Assembly: GCA_964106645.2 (NCBI GenBank)
Contig: OZ067049.1
DNA length: 64,000 nucleotides
Reading direction: 5' to 3' (one strand)
Source of the DNA: Podarcis pityusensis
Lineage: Eukaryota
Position numbers and translations under genes: made by a program. Positions 26,836 through 39,716 of this stretch are shown here, piece by piece; the first letter of the stretch is position 1, and each line of letters starts with the position of its first letter. Under the pieces are notes generated by a model, which worked only from the letters and a program-made list of their open reading frames with translations, had not been told where the DNA came from and did no database searches.

Positions 26836-28424
26836 GCCTCTGGACAACCGGAGCCTAGTTTAAACTGACCCAAGCATTGCTGAATGCCTAGATCAGGGTT
26901 AATATATATTTAGGTCCAAACTGTTCAGATACAAAGCTTGGATCTGGGGAGCAACTGATATCACCACGACACTGACAAATAAATTGTTTCTACTGCAGCA
27001 AGGTTCTTCTCGTAAATTGATTCAAATATGGTTTATATTTCAGTAAAATGTAAACAGTTGTCATCTGCTGGTTGTTTTTTTAAAAAAATACCATTTCCTC
27101 ACCGTTAAAATATACAGTCCAAAAGCATTTAGAAACTTACACCATATTCCAAAGAAAAGGTTAGGAGGAAGGCAGCACGTCCCAAATGAGATTATACTGT
27201 TCTTCTTTTCTCAAAAACTGCCTCTAGAAAGATTTAACTTGTATGAAATATTTTTATAAGCCACATATCTTAAGGACTTTGTAACTTAGAGACATTTCTT
27301 TAAAAAAAAAGAGTTTATGGACTGCTTTTCATAAATTAGCAATAAATTTATTTATTTAAAAGAATTGTAGTTTAAATACAGCCGCCAGGGCTGCAACACA
27401 TTTTCTTCACACAGACCAACATAGTTTCTTTTTATGGACAGTGAAGAATACAAAATTTATCCTATGTAGGAATGGGATCTACAACCAGAGGGTAGATCTA
27501 CCACCTCAAGATGGACTTTGCTTTTTGAGGGTTATAACCAACTATATACATAGCCCTATAAAGACTTAAGGATCACGCTTCTTCATTAGTCTGAGCAACC
27601 AACAGACTTGCTCTTGCGGCCTGCCTTTTCCTCTCCCGTCCAGGAACGAGGCCCTGCTGTATTTTCTTTCTGAGCACCCTGAAAGAGACGTTTTCCTCAT
27701 TGCACTGAATTTTCTTTGTCCCTCTCAGAATGTGTGGATCCTGTCATCTGTGTGTGAGTTAGCAGCCAGATAGCTTACCTGATTCATGTACAGAAATTGT
27801 TTTCATGTTATCATACATCTTGGCCATTAGCAGTTCAGAAAGCCGGAGCTGAAATTGAATTATGCTGTCATTTGACAAGTTCAAAACAAAAATGTCAGGC
27901 AAGGGGCAAATATTAAGCTCATGTGTGTTTCATATGCAAGTGAGCTGCAGCCTTTTGTTCTTTCTGAGAGATGAGGAAATGTATGCCTGGTATATGTAGA
28001 TTTTTTGTGTGGATTTGCATTCCCTACCCCCCTTTCTCCTCTGTTATAACTGTTTTTTTCCTGGCAGCCCAAAGAGAAAAACGTTGCCTTTCCGGAAGGC
28101 CGGAAGGCCTTGAGTCTTGTGAGGGACTTGCTCAATTTGCTTGATATCTTTTCATTAATTACAACAGAAATTGGATCAGGGCCTAAGTGGCCACCTAAAT
28201 GGCTTTATAATGCATTGGGACATGGGAGAAAAGTGAAAATGGTTGTAGAAACTATATCTCCTAATTTTCCTAAACTGTTATATATGTCCATTTGCTAACT
28301 TAGGCTGCCTAATCATTTCCTCCTTGCACAGAAGACTTGAGACAGCAGAAACAGATAGTTCATCATCAGAATGGACCACACAGCTTGCAAAATACACTGA
28401 GGGTAGCAACACCAGTGCTGGCTG

Positions 28425-28450
28425 ATCATCATCATCATCATCATCATCAT
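28425..28450. repeat. (TCA)n microsatellite
   Basis: Seen directly. Confidence 0.9.
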
Positions 28451-29113
28451 TTGTACAGCACTTTCAAAATATTTCACATTCGTTACGTATCTGGTTCCAA
28501 TCCGTCGGAATCCTGGAAGCCATGACTCAGGTTTGGGGCAAGTTCTCTTTGGTGAGAGAACAGCAGTGATTGGAGAAGGTAATAAACAAGAACTGAAACA
28601 TACACACAAATGTTCATAGGGCAGATGAAGAAGTAATGCACTGAGGTATAAAAATAAAATGCGATCAGTACAACTGAAACAGTAGTAGCACCAAAAGAGG
28701 GAGAGGAGGAAGCACAGTAAAAACACATACCTCCAAACACCAAATACACAATAGGAAAGGCACAAGACCAAGATAAGGAAGGTAACTCAAGAGAGAATGA
28801 GACAGAACTGCAGGTAGGATTGGACTGAGGCAAAGGATGGGTCCTTCGCTGGAGAAGAGTCAAAAGGCTTCAGTGGACTCTGTTGTTCCATCCAGTAGGA
28901 GGCATCATTCCTATGATTAATGTCACCCAGCAATCTCAGGTAAAGCATATTTTTCAAATTTATTATGTGCTAACCTCAATAGATCTAGAGCACTCGGTGT
29001 CTCAAATCTTGCTCTAACTTTTGCTGGGAAGGGGAAATCAGTATGCAGTTCATGGTTTTGATACACAAGCCGATAACAACAAATCTTGTGGCAGCATTGC
29101 ATTTTTTCTTTTC

Positions 29114-30816
29114 TTTTTTTTTTTTTAAATAATATTTATTAAGATTTTCAAAAAAAAGAAAATACAGAAAGCAATAATTAAAATACGTTCATAGCCTTAT
29201 TTTCATAAATCCACTTTCTGGGACTCCCCCCTTCCCCCACCCCTACCATATTCCTTTTTCATATTGTTGGCTCCACAAGCTCTCAGTTCTGAATAAAAAC
29301 TTAATTTGTTTAAACCATTATTCGAATTTAAAATTTCTACACTCCATATCAATACCCTTAATAAAACACAGAAAATTTCTTTCCCAGGGCCCACCCCATT
29401 TTCATTCCACAATTTCCCTTTTTTTTAATAATAGAAACACCCCACATAATAAAAATATCAGAAATAAGAAATAAAGAGTATAAAAGATGAGACAAAGCCA
29501 GTTCAAAAAAAAGAGGTTGACAAGCCTTTGGATTTTAGTTCTCCCCCCCTGTCCCCGGTTTAATTTCCCCCTGACCACCAAACCATATTATCCGCCTGGA
29601 ATTCTTACAATCCATGAATCACCTATTTCCCCCAACTCCTTGCTGGTTTTTTTTTCTTTTTTTTCCCTTTCATAATTATTTTTAGAACACTTAACTTCAG
29701 ATCTTTAATAAAGCTCCCCCCATTGTTCTTTCCAAATTATAGTCCAGTTTCCTCTTGTTCCGCTGCTGAAACGTTCTAATTCAGAAGCTTAGTAAGTCTG
29801 CAGGGATTATTGTTATTCAGGAACAAAAACTTGCGTTCAGTCCCTTCCTTTCTTCAATAGAAAATTCTATTGTCTCCTTTAGCTGAACACCCTGTAGACA
29901 AAATATTATTTCCGTTTTGCAGCTTTCCCAGAAGATAACCAGTCCTGTAAAATTCCAATGGTGTTTTTTTCACTTACGACCATCTTTGTAATGTCCCGAA
30001 ACTCCTCTAGGGGGATTGTTATAACTTTGTCTTCTCTAGTCCAAAAGTCCGATTGTTATCCATATTTTCGCCATTTTGTATCCAAGTTTTAACGAGTTGT
30101 AGCAAATTGTAACAAATTTAGCCAGCAAAGTTCTCATAATAAAATCCTCTCTGCTTTCCGACTTTGACAGCTACTTTGACAGCTGTCAAAATCTCCGACT
30201 CTTTTCACCAGGCTCTCTCTTCAATCACCCCGGTTCCCGGGGGGGGGGGGGTTACGTTTCTTCTCCCTCAATTCATCCTCCAGCACAGTTCTTATGATTC
30301 CCCATCGTGGAATTCTTAGTGATTATCAGCAATACAAATCTTTTTGGACCTTGGTTTCCCCGTCCTTGTCTTGAAAGGTTTACAATAGGGGGGGGGACTG
30401 ACTTCCTTTTTGGATCCCCCCCCGCTCGTATCCAATTCAAAAAGAAATTCTTTTTTCCTCCTTTTAAACCCAGTTTCCAAATTACTCACGGGTTGTTGTC
30501 TAAAAGTCCGAATTTTCAATAGAAGAAGTCAGCGCTCTCCGCCGGATGGCATGCGGCTGCGCTCGGCAGGGATAGCAGAGGACTCAAAGCACCACGCTTC
30601 TCCCCGGCACCCGATCCGTAGCCTTTAAAAAGGCTCCTTCACGAGTCGGGAGGGCGCTAGCGGTGCCAGCCGAGTCTCCATGTCCACGACCCTCGTGGCC
30701 GTGGTTTTTAAGGGTCCCCGCATCGCCGGTGCGGTAGGACCCAGCCCCTGCCGAGCAGGCTCCCTCCGGAGCTCGGAGGGAGTCCGCCATTCGGCGATGG
30801 CGCCAACCCGGAAGTC
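29114..30816 (-). mobile_element. Complete 1.7-kb non-autonomous L1-dependent retroelement
   Basis: Perfect 15-bp TSD gcattttttcttttc (29099-29113 / 30817-30831); poly(A) tail at 29114-29126 with AATAAA just upstream; CpG-rich 5' end gacttccgggttggcgcc; target TT|GAAAA. Confidence 0.82.
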
Positions 30817-32647
30817 GCATTTTTTCTTTTCAATTCTTTGGCATATGCCTCAAAAGGAAACACAAGGCAGGATCCAGACAATTGCAAGTACAGTGCTGCT
30901 TGGACAATGAAGTATTTCCACCTTCCTAGTGTACCCCACTGTATCTTCTTTAGATCAGGAGACCTTTCATGATGGCATAGGATGCAACACGGGGGCTGCC
31001 ACTGCATATACAAGGTGGGTGGTGGAAATCAGAGGCCTCCTCTTGCGCAAGCTAAACTGCCTTTCACTCGCAGAAAGAGCTCTCTGGATCACAGCCATTG
31101 TGGTGGCTAACTTCAAATGAAGAGACTCCTCAATAATCAGTGTCTCCTTGGCCTTCTAGAAATACTGCAATGGCTGTTTACCTAATTGAGGTTTCATGTA
31201 CATGAGCAGTGAACACCAAGGTAAGATTTCGTCTGAAAATCCATTTGGATGGGCACTCTGCTTGTTGGAAGCTGGTCATGCACAGGATGACGCTGGCAAT
31301 GCCTCTGATAAGAGAATGTTCACACTGGAACAAGAGAAGCTTGCTGGCACCCTTCTTGGTTTGAAGGCAGAGGAGAGACTGACTTTCTTAAATAACAGTG
31401 GTCCATTTCTAAGGAGATTGCTTCCATTGGACTGTCAAGGATGAGGCAGTTGTCATTCTGGAAATATAAATGCATCTTTTGTTCTTTGTGCAATAAGTGT
31501 ATTGAACAATGATTGCAGGATGGGAGAGATGAAAGCAGTAAAGCACCTATTATATTTCTTTCTTTCTTAAAAAGATGCTATCTAAATGCAAAAACTGAAG
31601 ATGATTTCAGGTAAAAGTCCCACCTTGCTGCAGGGCTAGTCCAGAAGAATGACAGATCTCATTTCCTGTGACAGGAAACAGCTATAAAAATAGCACTTTC
31701 AAAAAAAAAATCCATTCAGTTTCTGTATTCAGTTGAATAGTTATATATAGGAATCTATTTTTCAAGTTGTGTATCTGTGTGGTGCACAGCATCCAGCAGT
31801 AACATTGCTTAATTGGGTTGAGTAATACTATTATTATTATTATTATTATTCCCACAATTCAACCTTTGCTCACATTGTGGGGAATATGCCCAAAGAGTAA
31901 AGACAGCTGCCAAATAACTGAGGGTGGTTTAAACCAGGGATGGCTAACCTGTTGTCTTTCAGATGTTGTTGAACAAGAACTCCCAAAATTCCTGTCCATT
32001 GGAAATGCTTGTTGGGTCTGATGGACACTGGAGTCTGACTTAAACATCCAGAGGGCCACAGGTTATCTACCCTTGATTTAAATATGTCTAGAATTCCAAG
32101 CAAATCTTACTTATTCATTTATAACCTACCCCCCCTCACCCAACATAGAACTCAAGGTGGTGTATGCAATGTTCTCCTTCCCCCTTTTATTCTCACAACC
32201 ACCCTGTAGATCTTGGGAAAGTTGATTGGCCACTATCTTCGTAAGCAATCAAATCACACTGATCATATGCTCTGCAGAGCTTCCAGCTTCAGTTCACCAT
32301 TATCCCTTGCATTGCAACAACTAAAACAGGGGATGAGATTGCATGGAGGTTGTGGCTGTGTTTGATTCGCTAATGGGCCATGGGTCTGACAAAGTGACAC
32401 AAAATATGTGAGTTTTCTTTCAAGTAAACCCGTTGCATTTACAGCTTACACACAGGAAAAGTACCTCAATCTAAGAATGAGTCGGTTATAATCTCTTGGA
32501 TTTCACTGAAGGTTGAGACAAATGCAACCTTTCAAGTTCTAGAATTTAACATTATGAACAAGTTTGAGTCACTGTTTTTCAATAAAAGCAGAGAGAAAAA
32601 AGGCGTGCCAAGAAAAGCCCAAATCCTGCTTTTGATTAAGTGAAACT

Positions 32648-32657
32648 TTTATTTATT
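32648..32657 (-). terminator. MALRD1 polyadenylation signal (overlapping AATAAATAAA)
   Basis: About 300 nt after the stop codon and followed on the minus strand by a U-rich tract (~32580-32620). Confidence 0.6.
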
Positions 32658-32956
32658 AATCAACTGGAATTTGAACTGTTCAACCATGTAGTCAGTTGAA
32701 AACTAAAGTTACCAAGAGTGTTCCTTGCCAACATAAATATCACGTACGGCTATGCTTTCCCATGTGGGTGGATGCTATTTTGAATGAAGTGTTATTTGGA
32801 GAAGGTAATTATTCTAATATGAAAAATCATTCCATTTTCATTCAAGTGACTAATGCTATGCCACCATTCAATTTGATTTTAGAAACAGAAAAACATCATG
32901 GCAAATGAATCTGCATAAAGTTTCTGTCTTGTTTTATACCCACTTCCAGAGACATC

Positions 32957-33040
32957 TCATAGCGTCTGCTCTTTTCCTGTCGTTGTGCCATATAGAGGGT
33001 TGGCAAAGGAAGCGGCCATGATGTCATTACTGCGAAACAG
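32957..33040 (-). CDS. MALRD1: MALRD1 last coding exon (LFRSNDIMAASFANPLYGTTTGKEQTL*)
   Basis: Strong acceptor ttcctcccttctttcag|, phase 0, TGA at 32957-32959. SFANPLYGTT matches recalled human SFSNPLYGTT. Confidence 0.92.
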   Translation of the reverse strand: MFRSNDIMAASFANPLYGTTTGKEQTL

Positions 33041-35800
33041 CTGAAAGAAGGGAGGAATAAGAAGTTATTTCAAAACAAAGTGTCAAATTGCAATAAAGTA
33101 TAACCACAGCAAATGAGATTTCTAAATAAAATGAAAACTAATTTCAGAAGAGAAGTTCATATAAGTTACTGCCAAGAATGGGCAAATAGGTTGATTTCAG
33201 TTTCTCATTTCTCCACATTTGCGCATCAGCTTGTAATTGGCTCCCAGTACGTTTCCGAGCACAATTCAAAGTGTTGGCGCTGACCTGAAGGAGCGTCTCC
33301 ACCCCCATCGTTCTGCCTGATTATTATTATCATCAGGAGGGATGGGAGGTCAGGACTCTGCAGGGAAGTTGATGGGACTCATAGATGCCAACTCCCTGGG
33401 GCCCTGGGTGCCCAAGCACCCACAAAATTCCCCATGAAGGGGTTGGGTACCCACAAATTTCAGTGTTAGGGCTGTACACGCTGCATGACACCCACGGCCC
33501 TGGGCACCCATGATCCCAGGGGCAAGTTGGCATTCCTGATGGGACTACTATATTGACTCTGCTAGTGCATTTATGCAGCCCCAGCCTCATTGACACCTCC
33601 CTCTCCCAGTAAATGGCAGTGATAGCATTTCAAGGAGGCTATTCTTGTGGCTCTTGGTCACCAGGGAAACTGCCACCAGAAATTGCCTCAAGAATCTTTC
33701 CCCTGCTACCCACAGCCTCTATATCTTTTTCATTACCCTGTTGTGTAAGCCACCAATTTGCATGTAGGAAGTACACATGCGAAGGATTATCCAATTCATT
33801 TTAACACCAAGGCTACTCCACACAGGCAATGAGAAGCATGTACAAGAGTGAACTGAATACAGAGCTGGGTTGTAAACCTGGAAGCACAGACTGATTATGA
33901 TATGATAATGTTTCATTTCAGTCTTTTATATAGTTACAAAACTTGACATTCTTGCTAATTAGGGCAACCAAGCAGAAGGTCCCAGGATCAATCCACATTT
34001 GGGTTGGGTAGGCTTGGGAAAGAAGTGTCTGAAACCCTGGAAAGCACTGCTAGACAGTGTTGACAATACTGAGCTTCCCATGTTCCTAAATGCAAAAGAG
34101 GACAAGTCTCCCCCATCCAAAATAGGTATGTAGAAGAGGGATCTTTTTCCAGCAGGTGTAGTTTATGGAACTGAAATTCTCTCTTCTACACTACTGTTAA
34201 AGGTGCAGAAGCCCTCTCCTGTTTTGCACCCTATAGCTGATGTGGCTGATGGGACATGGTTCTGTATCATATTTTCTAAATCTTTAATAAGATTATTGAT
34301 AGATTTTATTTTATTTTATTTGGTACTTAAATGGATGTGGAAGAAAAGCCACACTGTGCATATTTACTCAGCGTACAAGAAGATGAATGTCAACCTCCAG
34401 GCAATGCACTCTTGTGTTTTAGTCATTGCAGACTGTTTCTAAAGCAACTGCCTTGCTGATAAGGGTAAGGTTGCCTGCTGTACAGCTTTGAGAGGAGTAA
34501 TGGAGGATTGCATAGCTGAACTGAGCATCCTGTGGTGAAGCTTCTGGGCTTGGGCTGCCAGGCTCCATGTGGGGAAACTCGAGGATTATGGAGAAAAAAG
34601 AATGCAGCCATCACTCGATTTTTGGAAGATTCTGGAATTTATTTGTGATCTTACCAAATGCTTGCTATATTTGATAAGAAACACATGATATCATCCTTTT
34701 AAAAAGACACAAGGTCAGATCCAGGCTAAGTTTGCTGCATGTTTCAGTGAGTTTCAGTGGGAACTATGTACGGTGCAACTATTACTTTCAACCGGTTGTT
34801 GCAAAATGTGGTGGTATCAACTCTGCTACTGAAGATCGAAGAATGAGGCAAATATAAAAGTCCATACCCAGATACCCATGATGCAGAACTGTGCTTTGCA
34901 AATCAGCCTGGCCAGGCTAGCTAAGTGCAGAGCCATTCATGCACAATGGTGACCCAAGGGCTGAGACATAGGGGGCCATTGGCAATGCAAGAGAACGGTC
35001 CTTCCCCACGCCTGGCTCTGAGGAGTAGACAGAGACAGGAGAATTGGCAGGTTGCCAGGGTGACGTGTGTGTGTGTGTGATGTCACAAAAAAATGTCATT
35101 TTTGAAATCTAAAGATGTCCTGGGCACAAGAAGGAGAAAGTAGGCAGAACTCTATGCAGTGCAGACTGAGAGGCACAACTGATTGCTGCTTTGGATGCCA
35201 AGCTAGCTGAAGCTACAAGAGGGGCAAGATATAATGTTCTGCACCCCCTATACTGAACACTTTAGGTTTAAATATTTGTAAAATAAACCATATTTCTTAA
35301 GTCACGACAGTCTCTGTCCCATCTTGACTCCCAATGGAAACATGACTCTGGGTAAGTGCCTGGAACCCCATGGAATCTTGCTCCCGCTTGGGAGGGATTG
35401 GGAATGGCACGCACCCTTCGTAACACTGTTCTACATTAATAAACTTTTTCTTTTGCATGAGCAGCTTAGACATATGCAGGTACTCAATGCAAGAAGCGCA
35501 CCAAGGTGAACAAAGTTTGACCGGGTCAGAACCTCTAGAACCCATATTGAAAATGGATTCCTGCTCCATCCTTACATATGAACCACTTTCTTAGCAAAGT
35601 AGCTGATGAAACCAAACTACTGTATTAGTATTCTTGTAACAATTAGCAAATGTACACAAGGTTTTATATGCAGCCCTGAGCAGTTTCAGAAGGATGAACT
35701 CCTCATCTACCAGTTGTGGATTGGAATCATTTTAACAATTCATTCTAGGGCACATAATTCTTTCAGAAAGCATTTTTAAAAGAACACTATTCACACCTAC

Positions 35801-35866
35801 CTCCTGCTGTGCCTGCCACGGAGAAACACTGATCTGAACTCCCAGTGAGGCAGCATACTCTGTAGA
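35801..35866 (-). CDS. MALRD1: Probable MALRD1 cytoplasmic exon (STEYAASLGVQISVSPWQAQQE)
   Basis: Acceptor tctcttttgtag|, donor GAG|gtaggt, 66 nt, symmetric phase 0-0, stop-free, between two phase-0 junctions of MALRD1. Confidence 0.68.
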
Positions 35867-36194
35867 CTACAAAAGAGACAGGCATTAGCTTCGGGCCAAC
35901 CTTTTTCAACAGTGAACAAAACAACAGTAACAGTGCCAACTCTATCAGTCCTAAAGCTTGCAGCTTAAAAAAAAAGAAAATAAAATACTCATATCATAAG
36001 CTGCCTAGGGAACCTGGTGTTATTTTTAGGAGAGTGCTAGCAAAGCCTCTTGGACTGCTGCGTGGGTCTGGTAAACTTTCTGAATGCACATATTGCTAAA
36101 ACCAGAAGAGCCAATGGCAATACATTGACATACCAGTAATTGGTCTTCTGCTCATTAGGACAGAAAATGGAAGGGAGATTTTAGTGTCCCAATC

Positions 36195-37760
36195 CTAAGA
36201 CAAGCTGCAGTAGCAGGTAAGAAGTGAAGTTCCCCAAGGATCTCCATTGGCACCAGGAATTCTTAACTTGTCCATAAGTGACCTGAAGTTAGTGGTGGCC
36301 ATGTTTGCAGATGACAACAAATAACGCAGGGGCAAACAAAAAAGGACTGCAAAGAGCTGGCAACTGTGGTTCAGTGTAGGTAAGTGTAACGTAATGGACA
36401 TTGGGTCAAATAACCTTGACTCCACAAATATGCTGATGGGCTCTAAGCTAGTGTCCAACAGCTGTGGAAGCAAGGCGAATTCCATGCTAGGGGTCATTAA
36501 GAAAATTAAAAAATAAGAATATTGTAATGCCTTTATGAAAATCTATGGTGTGACCACACTTGCAATATTGTATACAGTTCAGGCCACCAAACCTTGAAAG
36601 GATGCTGCCACGGAGCTGGCAAGAAGGAAAACGAAAATAACTGAAGGGTCTCAGCAGCTCAAATACAAGTAAATAATTTTTAGTTTTTTTAGACATAGAG
36701 GGTAAGTGGAAACATGATAGAGGCTTATACAATTATGTCTGGTGTGAAGAGGTTTTGTCTTTCTCTCATAATACTGGGAGTTGGTGTCATACAATGAAGC
36801 TGAATTTTAGAAGATTCAAGACATAAAAGTTGTACTTCACACAGCACACAGTTAAACTAGGGAACCTGCTTCACAGAATCGTAGAGTTGGAATGGATCTC
36901 AAAGGCCATCTAGTTCAACCTCCTGCAATGCAGGAATATGACAGATGGCCATCCAACCTCTGCTTAAAAACCCCCAAGGAAGGAGAGTCCATAGAATGTG
37001 GTGGTGGCCACCAACTTAAGTGGTGTTAAAAGGAGATTAGGCAAATTAAATGGCTCCTAGTCATGATGGCTATATGCCACCTCCAGGATTAAAGGCAGGA
37101 TGCCTGACTATCAGTTGCTGGAGGAGCAACAGCAGGAGATGGGTATTGTCCTCATGTCCTGGTTGAGGGTTTCCATTAGGTACCTACTTAGCCAAAGCAG
37201 AGACATCACCTTGCGAACAAAGGTCTGTATAGTTAAAGCTATGGTTTTCCCAGTAGTGATGTATGGAAGTGAAAGCTGGACCATAAAGAAGGCTGATCAC
37301 CGAAGAATTGATGCTTTTGAATTATGGTGCTGGAGGAGACTCTTGAGAGTCCCATGGACTGCAAGAAGATCAAGCCTATCCATTCTGAAGGAAATCAGCC
37401 CTGAGTGCTCACTGGAAGGACAGATCGTGAAGCTGAGGCTCCAATACTTTGGCCACCTCATGAGAAGAGAAGACTCCCTGGAAAAGACCCCGATGTTGGG
37501 AAAGATTGAGGGCACAACGAGAAGGGGACGACAGAGGATGAGATGGTTGGACAGTGTTCTTGAAGCTACCAGCATGAGTTTGACCAAACTGCGGGAGGCA
37601 GTGGAAGACAGGAGTGCCTGGCGTGCTCTGGTCCATGGGGTCACGAAAAGTCGGACACAACTAAATGACTAAACAACAACAACCTACTTAGCCACTGTGG
37701 GAAACAGGATCCTGGAATATATAGGTGTTTTTGATCTGCAGGGCTCCTCTTATGCTCTTA
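36195..37760 (+). mobile_element. CR1 LINE 3' portion, interrupted by two insertions
   Basis: Decayed RT motifs gttccccaaggatc (VPQGS) and tttgcagatgac (FADD), followed by a CR1-type 3' UTR. Confidence 0.75.
37195..37681 (+). mobile_element. Bov-B (RTE) LINE, 5'-truncated
   Basis: Open C-terminal frame SRDITL..KAMVFPVVMYGSESWTIKKA..IDAFELWCWRRLLRVPWTARRS; (CAA)n tail; 13-bp TSD acctacttagcca (37182-94 / 37682-94). Confidence 0.93.
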
Positions 37761-39716
37761 GAACAGGGAGCTTATAATGGGGCATTTTAACAGCTATGGC
37801 AATGCTATGTCACAAAACATGCTTCCGGGCTGGCTATGCTCTGCTATTGGACAATCATTACAGGCAGTTACCATGTCAAAAATCCTTAGAGTCACAATGT
37901 CTGATTTGTCAATTGCTCATTAGAAATGCAGTTACATTTTTAATTCAGTGATCAGGTTCCTTACAATACATGCACCACAGATGCAGAGAAAGAGAAAGAG
38001 AGGGAGAGATGCTCTTTGAGTCCCATTAAACAAGGGCATAATTTTGAAGAAGCTAAGCATACTTAGATACTAATGAAATAAATGGTTCAGGCAGCCCAAC
38101 CTATGCATGTTCACTTAGAAGTTCCACTTTGCACAATGAGACTTATTTTCCCCAAAAAATGAGCACAGAATTGAACTCCCAGTTCAGTTCTTAAATCACA
38201 CTAATTTTAATGAAACTTCTTCTAGATCGGCCTGAGTAACTTTCAAATATTTAAGGAAAACAAAAGGAATTCAATCAGAGCACCTTAGGCTATCTTAATT
38301 TGCACTGAAAAGATAGCTTCTGATTCTGACATCATCATGCTTCTATTTTTCAACCTGCCACTAAACGTATCCTGCCTGGATCTGTTTGAACAAACATAAG
38401 AGCGCAGAGATGAAATTGGAAGGACTGCAATGAGTGTATTTCTAACACAGACACAGACCTCTTACAAGTGAATGACAAAATTGCAACTGAATCAATCTAA
38501 TCTAAAATCAGATGTGAGGAGGCTTTTACTGAAAGTAAGTGACACATCATGGTTAATTTTACTTAAGAGACGAGCAAAATCTTATCACATATTCATGAAA
38601 AGATAAAGGAAGTTTTGTTTGTCGCTGCAATCCTGCACTGCAGTGCTGATCAGAGCATGGCAGAGAAGATGCAATAAACTTAATTTGCTTCTTGATTCCA
38701 AATAGTTCTAGATAAAGTCCATTTCATTAGTTTTTAATAAATAGAGTTAATAACTATCACAAGTGGTTGCAAAGTAATTGTAAATGCAGTCAGAGGAACA
38801 TCATAGAGATTTAACGCAGAGCAAAGTTTCTGGCCCATAGTGTTGTTTGGTGTTTGCCTCTATTTTTAGAAAGCACGAAGGCGATATGCACCAAATAGGT
38901 TCCTAATTCCATTTGTAGGGTTTTTATAACAACAATAAGCTCTTTGCCACTAGCAAATGCGATTCGGGAAGCTCAAGCCAAAGAGTAAATTTTCTGCTAC
39001 ATTTGGTTTGCCCTCAGTACAATTTTGCTGCTGTACATATTTTGACACCTTGGTGACAGGATTAAAAAGAAGGCTGCACACAGCATTTCATGTTTCCGGA
39101 ATTTCAGAGGAGTTGCACGAGTATCACAGGTGGAGTGAAGGAAATACTAGTCTTTTATGGATGCAACCCATCAAGCGCTACAGTTATACAATTGCCATAT
39201 TTTGCAAATCAATGCATCAAAAAATGCCATACCAGGTGAGATGATTTTATCCAGTGTTGTCTGCTCTGCTTTACAGTAGTTCCACAAGATTTCACTCCAA
39301 GGACTTTACTTACCATCTACTTTGTTTAATTGAAGACGCCAAAGATTGAACCTGCAAAGCATGTGTGATACCACTGCTACCCCCAGCTTCAGAGAGAATA
39401 TGAACAGAAACTCACGCTGGCGTCTCCTGGATTTACCAGCCTTCGGCAAAAATAATAACTGTGGCAGCAGAGATATTCCTAGCACTGAATTGCCTTCAGA
39501 GTAGAGTTTACCAGTGTGCTGAGAATAACGTTGCAACAGGAATCTGTTCACAACTGCCAGTAAGAAATGTCATAGTTTTGAAACGCTTGTATTCTCCATT
39601 TAAATACCTTCACTGAGGGATCCTCTCATTTCATTTGATGGACAATATACTGGGAAAACAATTGTAGGTTTATTCTATCCATTTCCACATGTGTAGGAAA
39701 GGCTGCTTCCACCCAC

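Noticed and set aside
28313-28771. Hydrophobic 152-aa ORF resembling a membrane protein
   Set aside because: Product of T/C-rich strand bias plus a TCA microsatellite (poly-Met); no recognisable family.
37100-37672. 190-aa ORF as a host gene
   Set aside because: Chance fusion of a CR1 tail to the Bov-B C-terminal frame.
39314-39351. 38-nt AG..GT segment with strong donor ATG|gtaagt in a MALRD1 intron
   Set aside because: Weak pyrimidine tract, and the length would frameshift between two phase-0 junctions.
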